Part shown: in pieces, positions 13,490 through 25,204 of the stretch
How positions within the stretch are numbered: the stretch's first letter is position 1
Layout: each line of letters starts with the position of its first letter
From: Camelus dromedarius
Taxonomy: Eukaryota
DNA: 64,000 nucleotides
Reading direction: 5' to 3'
Assembly: GCF_036321535.1 (NCBI RefSeq)
Contig: NC_087472.1
Location: forward strand, 95,482,001 to 95,546,000
Program-made: the position numbers and the translations under genes
The notes under the pieces: generated by a model
Told to the model about the DNA's origin: nothing
The model's input: the letters and a program-made list of their open reading frames with translations, nothing else
Databases searched by the model: none

Positions 13490-14525
13490 AAGCCCACCTC
13501 TAACATTTATAGAGCCCAGAGCGAGAGTACAAGTGGAGGCCCCTCAGGTACAGCTGATACCTCCCCCCACCTTTTTTTCCCCTACCTGACTCCTTCTTAT
13601 GCCACAAGGAACAACAAACCTATGGACACCCCAACCTGTATAGCTACACCCCATTCACACCCCCCAAACAGGTGCCTGTTGGCCACCCCTCAGACCCAAA
13701 GGTACAAATACCAGTGTCACAGTCCTCCCTCAGGAAGATAGACTTTGGGAAGAAAACTGTGCAGGCCCTGAAAGCGGGATGAGGTATTTGGGAAGAAAAT
13801 TCCCAAGTGTTGGGCACCTAGAGCACAGTTTACAAAGGTAATCTCAAACTCTGGGTGGGCATATCCCATTAGCTCCCTGGCCTTCTCACCTTGTAAAAAG
13901 GGTGTAGGGGAGCAAAATTTGCCACCCCTAAATGTGGCTCTCTGGCATGAGGAATATTTCAGGCTGGTTGTTTTTAAGAAACAAAAGGCTCAGGAAGAGC
14001 TTTTACCTCCTTTCCTTTAACTGTCTAAAAGAATTTAGATGGTGGACCTATCCCAGAAAGAGAACTATCACCAGAACTAACTACAAAGACTATGAGGTAA
14101 GTGTGGTGGCCTGGGACCAACTCAGCAAGGCCTGTTTGAACAAAGTCCTCTCTGGGTCCCATTGTCTATGCATACCATTGAAAACATTTGTTTAGCAAAC
14201 ATTTGTTTTTCCCATCTCCCTATAAATTGTTTTCTTCCCCCTTTGAAGTCCCAAATCCCCAGCCTTCTCTCAGATAGCATATAAGCCTCAATAGCCAACC
14301 TATCCTTGAGTCTCATTTTTCTTAAGGGGCCCCTACATGTATATAATTAAATTTTATTTTCTCCTGTTAACCTGTCTCATGTCAATTTAATGCTTAGACT
14401 AACCAGAAGAACCTGGAAGGGGAGAAGAAAATTTTTTCCTTCTCCAACAAGGGTACAGCCCTAAGAAGACCAGAAAAGGGCACTCTAAGCACAGGGCCCA
14501 AGGCAAGGTTTCCAGTTTCCTGGGT
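13490..14525. mobile_element. MER115-like hAT (Tip100) fossil, split by LTR copy B
   Basis: gagcccagagcgagagtacaagtggaggccc at about 13512 and gcacagggcccaaggcaagg at about 14490 flank the LTR. Confidence 0.5.
13903..14449 (+). mobile_element. ERV1 solo LTR, MER34/MER39-like (copy B)
   Basis: TG...CA termini and 5' tgtaggggagcaaaatttgccacccctaaatg. Perfect 4-bp TSD aggg (13899-13902 / 14450-14453). Confidence 0.9.
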
Positions 14526-14872
14526 TCTCCTTACTTCTTTAAACTGCACCATATAAACCCTATACTTCAACCATACCAAAAGTTTTGCTATTTCCAAATA
14601 TGCCACTTGTATTACAACTCTGTGCCTTTGACCATTCCCTTCTCCCTGTCTGCAACTTCTTTCGCCATCCACTAGTCTGTTAAGCTAACTCCTCTCAGAC
14701 TCAGTTTACCCATCATCCTCTTTGGGAAGACTGAGTTAGTTACACTCTCCCTGGGCTCCTACAGCACCTAATCAATTTCTCTATTACTGCATCTTTCACA
14801 TTTCCGTGATACACCTTTCTAACTACACCATAAGCTCCTAAAAGGAATGGACTGTGTTCTAGTCATTATTTC

Positions 14873-15333
14873 TGAAGGGGTTCAGAACAAGCCTTGCTAA
14901 AATGTGTCACTTTGGCAAGTGGATTTTTTTGAGCTGAAGACAATCAAGACCCAAAAGACCTAGGAAGAGCTTTTTACCCCTCCCTCAACTGCCTAAAAAA
15001 ATTTAGGTAAGGGCCCTGGCTCAGAAAGAGAGAGCTATGATCAGAGATAATTTTTATCTAAATGATCCATCTGTGTGGCAGGGCAAACATCTAATTCCCA
15101 AACATCTGCTCTTCTTATTGTCCTATGAATGACCCTCCTCTCCTTTGAAGCCCCAGGTCCCCATCCCATTCCTTAGCTCAGAATGGTATATAGGCTTCAA
15201 CTACCTAACCTGCCCTTGGATCTCATGTAATTAAATTTGTTTTTTCTCCTACTAATCTGTGTAATGTCAATTTGATTATGAGACCAGCCAGAGAAGCAAT
15301 AGGGTAGAGGAAAAAAAAATTTACTCCTCAACA
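14873..15333 (+). mobile_element. ERV1 solo LTR, MER34-like (copy C)
   Basis: TG...CA termini and 5' tgaaggggttcagaa..actttggca..ttttgagctgaag. TSD tttc/cttc (3 of 4 match). Confidence 0.85.
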
Positions 15334-15644
15334 CTTCATTCACTAATTCTAGAACCTTTTCCTAATTATATAATGACTACTGGGAATATAAACTCAACAA
15401 AGTAGTAAACAACAAACATTGGTTAAATAGTTGATGGATGCTTGCTTATTTCTGATATGTCTGTAATATTTTATATTAAAATATGACTTTCTTACAATTT
15501 ACTAAGAGATTCTTCTATTCAGTCTTTTTTTTAACAGTAAATCCCAACAACAACAACAACAAAAAAAACAAAGACTACTTTCTTCTCTATCCAATAGGAT
15601 TCCTACATCAATCAGAAAAAAAAAAAAGTCAGATTAGGATACAA

Positions 15645-15810
15645 TTTAGAATTTTGGGTTCCCCAAAAACAGACCTAGGACAAGGATTTGAATGCAAGTA
15701 GTTTAGGAAGTGATCCCAGAAATCATGGTGAGAGAGTAGAAAAAAGACAGCAAAAGGAGGAAAGCTAAAAAACGGTGTGGTACTGAGTGCTTTCTGCTAT
15801 GGGTAGCTGC
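15645..15810 (-). mobile_element. LTR16-like ERVL LTR fragment
   Basis: gggttccccaaaaacagacctaggacaaggatttgaatgcaagtagtttaggaagtgatcccagaaa resembles the LTR16 family end. Confidence 0.6.
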
Positions 15811-16414
15811 AGCAATAACGTCTGCTCTGTTACCTCCACACCTTCTCAAAGAGAAGCAAGAAAAGCTGTTTAGCTTTTGAGGAGAAATTAACTAAAAAAA
15901 AAAAAAAAAAATCTCCAAGATGCTCTAGTCTCATAACCTTCAGATCCAGCTACTTCAGCGACTTCAGGTTCCTCTATCGCATGACCCAATCTCTGAATCT
16001 TTCCACATGACCCCTTGTTCTATACATGCACACTTCATCATTCATATGAATGAAGACAAACTTGTCAGTGAGCCCTCCTAATCTGCCATGCCAAAAGGAA
16101 TGTATACACCTAAGTAATGTAAATTGCAGATTCTCTACCCTAAAATTAAATGTATGGTAAGCCTTAAATAGTCATAAAAGTTAAGTCCAAATGCTTAATT
16201 CTCAAATACCACCTTGAAACACTATTTCCCCCCATAAAATATGCATGCAATGAATAGGAAACAAGATTACACTGAAAAGGAAGTGCTGGCCCCACTTTCT
16301 AGATGAGTGCTCAAAACTCAATTTCATGCTGTAGCAAAATTTAAGTTTCTCAATTTCATGGACACGAGTGAGGTGAGTTGAAATTGTCAGTGTTAAAATC
16401 GCTAATGCCAAGTG

Positions 16415-16842
16415 TCTCTGTTAGCTTTTCCTGTATAACAAATCACTCCCAACTCATGAAATATAATAATTGGCATTCATCTCTTGCTCATACATCTGTG
16501 TGGTCAGCTGTGAATTCAGATGATCTAGAATAGACTCAGGCTTACTTCTAAGCTGTAGGTTGGGTGCAAGTCTGTTTCACGTGAGTAGGATCTTCCCTGG
16601 ATCAGAGAGCTAGCTGGAGCATGTATATCTTACAGCAGAAGCATAGACACAATAGGGCAAGCCCAACTGCACTGGTACGCTTCAAGCTTCTACTCACATT
16701 ACATTCACCAACATCCCAATGGCCAAAGCAAGTCACATGGGCCAAGCCCATTATCAATGGGATTCAGTGGTATGCAATCTTTCCACGAAGATGGAGATGG
16801 AGAGGATGATTATTTGCTGAATAATAATCTAACCTACTACAC
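16415..16842 (-). mobile_element. MaLR (MLT1K/L-like) solo LTR
   Basis: ttagcttttcctgtataacaaatcactccc ... atggccaaagcaagtcacatgggccaagccc ... aataatctaacctactaca. Confidence 0.7.
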
Positions 16843-18369
16843 AAAGTCAAGAGTAGTCTCATGTTCAATTTTTCCTAGGAAAAGAAACATCAAAGCCAGC
16901 CCCCTAATAATGTAGCAAAATCAGACTATATTCAACAGTTAGGAGTTCAAAGTGGAGTTTTTTCTCATTTGCTCTGTGAATATTTTGTAAACAACATCTA
17001 ATGCATCTTCACATTTCTATGTTTTATAAACATTCAACAAATTAGATGTCAAAGAATCCTAAGGGCGGAAGTTTCCTGATAAGAGGAATCTCGTAAAGAA
17101 ATTATGGTATATTTAGAAACCAGAATGACATTTCCATCCTTTATTTGTTTACCACTTGAACTTTAGCAACTATATGGCAATGCATTAAAAGTCTTCTTAG
17201 TCATTTTCTTGGTGATTTTCCAGCCTCCTGAAAAACTATAGACCCAACAATAGTTCAAGGACTTCATAATTCACCAAAATTGTCTAAACTTCTAGAAAAG
17301 CTCTTTTTTGTGAAATGCTCAGGACTGATAGCCTGTGAAGCTAAAGGTGACCTGCTTTCAGCTTGAGGCCTTTCTCAATCTGTGGAATTTATGAATAAAT
17401 CCATTTTTGCTATGGTATCTATTTATGGTAAAGAGACAAAAAGTGATTCTCATTTTTGAGATGCCAGCAGTAGCAGCCATACTAGCAGCAATGGCTACTC
17501 CAATTACAGTTCTGACCAGTGGCTATAAAAGTACTACTTTATACATAAGCCTCATGAAAGCGCCTCAGCATGGCGGTGTGATTCAAGGAGTTGTTTTTCT
17601 CCTTACTGATGTGTATCCTTACATTTTACAAGGGAGTTACTTTTGTTGTTCTTTTCCCTGATGCTCTTTAGATTTCTGGTCAGCAATATTTTATCAGAGA
17701 TAGGGGGAAAAAACAATAGTTAATTAGGTTTTTAAAAGGCTTGACTTTAGCTTTAACCATAGTGATTTTATCACAGCATGGGCAGAGAGAGGAGAGAAGC
17801 CAACACAAAGTAGTGAAAAGGAAGTCTCAGCAGGCAAGATGGCAAAGTTTTTCAGTGAGAAAATTAGGTTGGACAGGATACACACAAAGCACACTCTAGC
17901 AAGCCATCGATAATGTAAAACTTGGTATTTAGAGGGCATCTTTGATTCTAAGAATTCAAGGGACTTTCCAGGCATGAAGGACCCACTTGTAACAACATTT
18001 ACATGTGTCAAGAAGCAAGTCTTGGGGGGTCAGACTTGCAAAGGAGAAAACAAGAAAGCTGGGTTATCTTGTCAAATAGAAATATTGTCAACTAGGGTCT
18101 GTAGAACTACATCTAACCATCTATACAAGAATTATGTTAAACTGATAAATTCAAGTGGTTCTACGATGTCAGAGTATGGCAAACAAAAATGGGTGAGATC
18201 ACATCAACTAGCAATGGGCTGATTTCCCAACAGCTATGGTTTGAATTCATGAAGAAATCACATATAACATAATATTTTCCCAATGGTGTTGGTTTGATAT
18301 TTGTAGCTATTGAAAGCCAAGGTAAAAGAGGACTTCATTTTTGGTACTATTTCTGTTAGAAAGCTCCCA

Positions 18370-18402
18370 ACACACACACATGCACACACGACACACACAC
18401 AC
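18370..18402. repeat. Imperfect (CA)n microsatellite
   Basis: Seen directly. Confidence 0.85.
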
Positions 18403-18722
18403 AGTCACCTCAGTGTCACTTTTAGAATAAAATATTTAAACATTCAAGATTATAAGGTCTAGAAAAAAATTAAACATCAAGGCAAAAATGTAGAAATAAA
18501 AATACACAAGCAAGTGTCCTCGCAAAAGTAATGAAATAACCTTATTGCCTACTATAAAAATACTAGCTTTAATTATTGTAGTATTTAGAGTTCTTCGGTA
18601 AGCTCTATGATAAATGATAATGAACTCCTGATAATTGATTTTTCAAAAGGCTTAAATGCATCTAATTATGCTATTTCCCATTCTAGTTTTACTATTCTAA
18701 CTTTAAAATATATTTTAACAAC

Positions 18723-19252
18723 TTTGGGAGTGGAAAAATACCTTCCCTTCTACCTTTCTAGGTTCTTGGCTGAGACGCCATTACAATAACAGATTAACAG
18801 GAGAAAAACAAATAAAAGTTTAACTACATGGATAATTCCTGTATACATGAGAGATACCCAAGAAAACAGAGTAATTCTCTGAAGAGACCCAAGTTACCTC
18901 TTAAATACCATCTCCAGCTAAAGACAAAAGGAGGGGGAGCCAGTTATGGGAGGTCACTCGGAAAAGCACAGTAAACAAGGATAAGATTGTTATGCAGATT
19001 CAAGTCATTGCCTTCACCAATTATAAGAGTTTCTAGAGATTTAGAGTCATCCTTCTCTTCCTGGTTACAGAGAGGGAGATACCCTTACAAATGGAGATTT
19101 TCCTTATACATGTAAATGTCTCTTATAAAAGAGTAACTTCTGTTGGGTTTTCAGCACTTTTCCTGTGTCTGAAATTTCTTGAAAAATAATCAGCCTAAAA
19201 TAATCCTTATGCCAAGGACACATTTTGGGATGGCCAATTCTGCTCCCCTTCA
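18723..19252 (-). mobile_element. ERV1 solo LTR, MER34/MER39-like (copy D)
   Basis: Colinear with copy A. Ends tgctccccttca. TSD caac/catc (3 of 4 match). Confidence 0.88.
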
Positions 19253-20513
19253 CATCTAAATGAGTAAATTCCCACTCATAATTCTCCTTTTTCAAAACCA
19301 GTAAAACCTCAATTCATCATGAATTAGAGTAAATACATAAACTCTTTTAGAAATAATTCTCTTATATTGTTTAAAAGCAAATGGCTCTTTACCTTTAGAG
19401 AATAATATGCAGATTCCACCACTTTGGCTAATGATAGAGATTTGATCATCGGATCTCATATAAGAATGTGTTTTGAGGGCCACTATTTCAGGTATTAATC
19501 AAATTTCTTCAGAAACATTTTTCTTTCCAAGAGCTAACATTATTTACAAAAACTTCCCACTTATATTATTAAAATTTTGGAGTTGAATACCGAGACCTCA
19601 AATAAGAAAAACAGCAATATAAAAATCATCAGATTTGGTTTTTAGGGTTCTAGAGTGAAATCCCCATAACTTTTCCAGAAGAGTGATTTACCCTCTCACT
19701 ATCTATCTAGAGAAAACTGTGGACAAAATCAAACCTAGGAAAAGATTAGAAATGCCAACAGAAGTATGTGAAGAACCATTTTGTTTGTTTTTTTCACCTT
19801 CAGGACAGGGAAGGGTATTGCAGCTGTTGCTGGAATTTTGTGTGCTAGAACACAGACACACAGACACATACACACACAGTGTAGAAAAGGTACTTGCAGT
19901 GCTTGTGTGGTGTCCACAGTAGTAGATTTGCAAAATAAAGACAGATGGTTATGAATTAATCTAACACCCAACTCTAACACTTTACAGCTATGTTGCCATT
20001 ACACACTTCTCCACTGTACTAATTCAGACTTCAACTTGACATTGAACACAAAAATATATGCATATATTCAACACCATCTGCTGCATAAGTACATTTCAAA
20101 GGAAAGGAGCTTGCCACCATGGGCTATTAGTAAAAGCTGATTCGAGGATTAACACTCTTCCAATGGGAAGAGGGAAAGAGCTTGGGTGGCCCAGTAGCTG
20201 ACCCAGTCATACTTGCCAAAACCCAACTGACACTTCTTCCAAAATATTTTCCCCAAAACAAAGTGGTACAATGCACAGACCCTCATGTGAAGTAACCCTG
20301 TTATGATTTCTGGATCTTTAAAATACATTTTCAACTTGAATTAAAAAGCAATACAGGTTCTATGAATACATTTTTCATTTGCTCTTTTTCTGTCACTAAA
20401 GTTGTAAACTAACAAGAACAGGGGATGTTCAAAGTACTCAGTATGGAAAGAAGAATTTAATATTCTGTATATGGATAGCTAAAAAGATACAGGAAAATCA
20501 AATGTCATACTAC

Positions 20514-21058
20514 TGTTAGAGAGCAAATATGCCACCCACAATGTGTCTCTTTGGCATGAGGATTCATTAAGGCTGATTCAGAACAGTAGACTCAGGCAGT
20601 TTTTCTTGTTATCTCACCCTTAACTGAATTTAGATAAAGGTCCTGTTCCTGGAATAGAACTATCTCTAGAGATATCTACAAAGAACATGGGCAAGGTGTG
20701 GTGGGGGAACTGGGCAGCACGTAAAAATCAGAGTCCATTCTGTGTCCCATTGTCTCTGCCTGGCCCAGCAAACATTTGTTTACCAAACATTTGCTTTTCC
20801 ATGTCCATATGAACGGCCTTCCTCCCCTTTGAAGTCCCACTTCTCCCAACATCCTCTTTTGCCTTTGGCTGAAAATGGTGTTTAAGTGAGGGCTTTGGTC
20901 ACTTGAAGGAGTGACTCAGTCCTCCTGGGTCTCTCCCATGTCTACGAGTTATTAAACTTTTGTTTCATTTTCTCCTGTTATTCTGTCTCATGTCAAATTA
21001 ATTCTTAGGCCAGCCAGAAGAATCTAGAAGGGGAGGGGGAAATTTTTCCTTCCCAACA
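20514..21058 (+). mobile_element. ERV1 solo LTR, MER34/MER39-like (copy E)
   Basis: TG...CA termini, colinear with copy B. TSD ctac/cttc (3 of 4 match). Confidence 0.88.
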
Positions 21059-22901
21059 CTTCCAAATAAACATTCAAAGTACCAAGCTTTCCAGGAAACT
21101 CTTACTCATCTTTACTAGCCAACCAACTTCTTCACTTCCTAACTCCAAATCAAGAGAGGCTTGAGATCTTTCTTAGGATGGAAGGAGGAGGTGAGAGGCA
21201 AGTCCCAGTTGTACAACAATCATGCATTTCAGGCTGCCCATCTCTGGGAGAAGAAAACTAAACATTGGATCATGATGATTCAGAATCATTTAATGCACTG
21301 TTTTGACAGACTTCAAATTCTTAAAGTAAAAGAAAATCTCTTAATAACAAAACGGAAACAAAGACGACTAAGCAACAAAGAATATAATGGAAGACATTTG
21401 AAGATATTTTGACATGTTCTCCCAAACAATAGACTTTTAGTAAATTTGTAAACTAGAGCAAATATATTTGTGAGATGAGGAGAGAAAACAACAGAAACAT
21501 TTTTGAGAATAAATCAATTGTTTTAAAATCATACCAAGCAGGCTATTTCCAAAATCAGCACCAATACCTAAATATAATTAAAAACAAAACAAAATGAAAT
21601 AAAAAGCAACATGAACATAATGGGGTTTGCCCTTATTATAACAGCTATAAATATTCAATAACTCAAAAAGGCCCTTACAAGGAAGAAAAACAGCCATAAA
21701 TGATGTTTTAAGCCTCTAACTCACTGGGAATGTAATGGAAGTTAAAGATAATTAATGCAATTAACCTATGTCCCAGGAAAAGAAACCTTGAGATAAGTAT
21801 ACCTGTAGTTATGCAACCCCACTTTCCAAATGCTCCAGGATATTCCGAAATTAAAATTCCCTATGATCAAACAAGTTAACAGATAATGGGGTCTAACTTT
21901 TACTTAGAATACATGACTTGCTACGAGATTTACAGAGAGTGTTTTGTAGCATTTTAACAATATGAGGTGTTACACTAATGAAAATACAAAGAAAGTACAA
22001 AATAAAATATGAAAAACTTCTGATTCATGGTCTTATAGTTCTTTTTTCTGAAATCAATTTTTTTTTTAATTTGGTGCAGTGTATAGCGTTAACCGGCTTT
22101 ATAGAAGATGCTTGCCCAAAGAAATGCAATTATGTTAATAAAAATCTACTTCAGATGCTTCCTTTTCATCCCATTAAGCCAGGTTCAAGAGCTAAGGAGA
22201 ATGTACCATGTCTGTTTAACTGCTATTTAGTAAAGTTTGCTAATAAAAAAATTAAAAATTGCTAATAGTAAAGTTTGTAAGCATTTGGGTAAATTTTGCT
22301 AAAAATATAGCTTGGTTTTAAGACAGGTTTAGATCCATCATCTACATGCATAATTCACAAAGGTTATGCAAAAGACTATAGGAAACATGCAGTAGTTTTG
22401 GCTGAAACCTGGACAAGGAATAAACTAAACCGCAACACAGCATTCCATCCATAAAGGATTTTGTAAATCTGCAAAGTAAAGTAGGTTTACTTGTAAAACT
22501 TGTCAGGGAAAGTGAAATAGGTCTCAGAGCCAGGGTGAGAAAAAAAGGAAGATCAAAGGGTTTGCAAAGAATTTGGGAAAGTGTGTAAAAAAGAAACTAG
22601 AAGCATCCATGCACCTCATGGAACATCACAGGAAGTGAAAATTTTGATGGGCTTTTAATTCTTGACAAACAAAATTGTAAACGCTGTTTCAAGGATAAAA
22701 CTATGTAAGAAGCAAGGTGATTTCATGAATAGCTGTTGTGTTTGGCTTGGTTTGGGTTTTGTGTTTGGAGATTGCCATGTATGATGTGCTTTAAAGTCAA
22801 ATATAAGTTTGTGCTAATAACAGGTAAATGAGTTTAATTACTCCTTTATATTTCTATATATATGTAGATATATATGTTTATATATACATAAGAGAACATA
22901 G

Positions 22902-23425
22902 TGAAGGAGAGCAGAATTTGCCATCCCCAAATCTGCCTCTCTGGCATAAGGATTATCTTGAGCTGATAATTTTTAAGAAAGAGCAGACACAGGAAAAGCT
23001 CTGAAAACCTAGTAGAAGTTACCCTTTTGTAAGAGATGTTTACATGGGAAATCTCCATTTGTAAGGGTGTCTCCCTCTCTGTGCCAGGAAGAGAAGGCTA
23101 AATCAGTCTCTAGAAACTCAAAGGAGAAGGGAAAGATTTAAATCTGCATTACAATCTTATCCTTGTTTACTGTGCTTTGCCCAGGAACCTCCCATAACTG
23201 GCTCCTCCTCCCCTAACATCATCTTTTGTCTTCAGCTGGAGATGGTGTTGAAGGTGATGACTTGGGCCATTTTGGGGAGTGACTCAGTTTTCCTGGGTCT
23301 CTCTTGTGTGTACAGGAAACATCCATGTTATTAAACATCTATTTGTTTTTCTCCTCTTAATCTGTCTTTTTATTCCAGCCAAGAACATAGAAGGGTAGAA
23401 GGAAAATTATTTTTCCTCCCCTACA
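22902..23425 (+). mobile_element. ERV1 solo LTR, MER34/MER39-like (copy F)
   Basis: TG...CA termini and 5' tgaaggagagcagaatttgccatccccaaa. TSD atag/acag (3 of 4 match). Confidence 0.9.
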
Positions 23426-23491
23426 ACAGAAACAATGAGAGAAAACGTACAGAACTATCCAAGTGCAAAATTCTCAGTAAGCCTGCCGGCT

Positions 23492-23510
23492 TCTTCAGCA
23501 GAGGGCGCTC
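23492..23510 (+). promoter_or_regulatory. Predicted CTCF binding motif
   Basis: tcttCAGCAGAGGGCGCtc fits the core CCASYAGRKGGCRS with one mismatch. It lies in a locally CpG-retaining, apparently non-repeat segment. Confidence 0.6.
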
Positions 23511-24049
23511 TGCAATGAAAAGTGGCTGGAAGCCCAGGAAAGCAATCTTTCCACTGTAGTATACAAGATTACAGTTACAATGTCAGATAGAAACAAAAGA
23601 ACTGCTTTCCCACCTTAGCTCGTCCTATCTGTGTCAAGGTCTAAGGGCCGTGCTATAGCCGTCAGATGGGGGTCAATACAAGCTTATTCATGGCTAGTCT
23701 GATGCTTAGCCTCCACCCCGCCGTTACCCAACAACCCAAGCTGCCCTCTTGATCCCTTATAAGCATGTACGGGAAGCAAGGCGATCAAGCCTGTGAACGC
23801 TGAGAAATTACCACAAATTGCTGAAAATATCAACTCTGCCCTGGCATGCACATTCCTTATTTAAAAATGGATGGTTTCAGAGGGAAAACACTACAGAAAT
23901 TAAACCTTCATTTCTGTTCCAAACTAATGCTGAAAATAAGATAGCCCTTCCTTCTACCCTCCCAGCCCTGTAACATGACTGTGGTCCTCATGCTCCAGGA
24001 GCCCTAGCTGCTGGACAGACACCACAAGAATGGAGAAAACTGTAGGAAA

Positions 24050-24290
24050 AAGAACGGGAGCACAGCTTAGTGGTTAACAGCAGGGATTTTGGAGTCTGAC
24101 TGGTTCTGACACTGAACTGTGTGTTAGATGTGCAATCTTGTCTAAGTTACCCATCCTTGCACTGCCCTGGTTCCATGGTTTGAAATCAGCACACAGGCAT
24201 GCGAAGTTCAAGGAGATAATGTAGGTTAAGTGTTCAGCTTTTGGCACAGGAAATACTCTGACATTTCAGTTAAATCACCATTAATAACAA
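24050..24290 (+). mobile_element. MIR SINE
   Basis: agcttagtggttaacagcagggattttggagtctgac..., tgcaatcttgtctaagttac: degenerate MIR. Confidence 0.6.
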
Positions 24291-24385
24291 TATTTCTTTG
24301 TTAATGTCATCTGCTTCTCCTTATCACTTTCTAATTCTTCAAACATACTGATTTGGTTAGATATTTTTAGAATCACAGGTCATAC

Positions 24386-24523
24386 AGGTGGGAGGGTATA
24401 TAGCTCAATGGTAGAGTTCATGCTTAGCATGCACAAGATCCTGGGTTCAATCCCCAGTACCTCCAAGGGGAACAAAACAATATACAATTATGTCAACAAC
24501 TTAACAATAAAGGGTCTAAAATA
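24386..24523 (+). mobile_element. tRNA-Ala-derived SINE (camelid vic-1-like)
   Basis: gggagggtatatagctcaatggtagag..gcttagcatgcacaagatcctgggttcaatccccagtacctcca (A and B boxes, Ala-AGC-like). TSD agaat(cac/aaa)aggtc(a/c)tac at 24369-24385 and 24524-24540. Confidence 0.85.
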
Positions 24524-24605
24524 AGAATAAAAGGTCCTACCCCTCTCTGTCCCTATAGTCCTACTTTATTGAGATATTGTTGCTAAAATACAGCAGTAAA
24601 ATTTT

Positions 24606-25115
24606 TTTTAATTGAAATATAGTTGTTTTACAATGTTGTGTCAATTTCTGTTGTATAGCATAATGTTTCAGTCATACATATATATACATATATTCGTTTT
24701 CATGTTCTTTTTCATTATAGTTTACTACAAGATATTGAATATAGTTCCCTGTGCTATATAGCAGAACCTTGTTTTTTACCTTTTTTATATATAGTCAGTA
24801 TCGGCAAATCCCGAACTCCCAATTTATCCCTTCTGCCTCTTTTCCCCTCTGGTAACCATGAGTTTGTTTTCTATGTCTGTGAGTCTGTTTCTGTTTTTTA
24901 AATAGGTTCATTTGTGTCTTTCTTTTAAGATTTCACGTTTTACTTAAAATGATGATCTTCGGGTTCATCCATGTTGCCGAAAGTGGCATTATTTCATTCT
25001 TTTTTATAGCTGAGTAGTATTCCATTGTATAGATATACCACAATTTCTTTATCCAGTCATCTGTCAATGGGCATTTAGGTTGTTTCCATGTTTTGGTTAT
25101 TGTAAATAGTGCTAT
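24606..25115 (-). mobile_element. L1 3' end with a small internal deletion
   Basis: Reverse L1 3'UTR/ORF2 end. TSD agcagtaaaatttt at 24592-24605 and 25116-25129. Confidence 0.9.
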
Positions 25116-25178
25116 AGCAGTAAAATTTTACACCCTGCTTTTCCATAAATTCTCTGTCTGTATTAGTGCATATGGCAC

Positions 25179-25200
25179 GTGTGTGTGTGTGTGTGTGTGT
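25179..25200. repeat. (GT)n microsatellite
   Basis: Seen directly. Confidence 0.95.
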
Positions 25201-25204
25201 ATCT

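Noticed and set aside
17046..17528. Protein-looking + strand frame (..LEKLFFVKC..DASSSSHTSSNGYSNY..) as a processed pseudogene
   Set aside because: About five stops in about 160 codons is close to random expectation. There is no poly(A) or TSD and no parent gene I recognise. A tBLASTx search would settle it.
12334..23425. Full provirus between paired LTRs
   Set aside because: Five of the six LTRs have their own TSD on both sides, and I saw no PBS or gag/pol/env-like ORF between them.
24386..24466. Functional tRNA-Ala gene (also 40235-40312)
   Set aside because: Extra 5' bases, mutated stems and boxes, A-rich tails and TSDs mark these as SINE copies.
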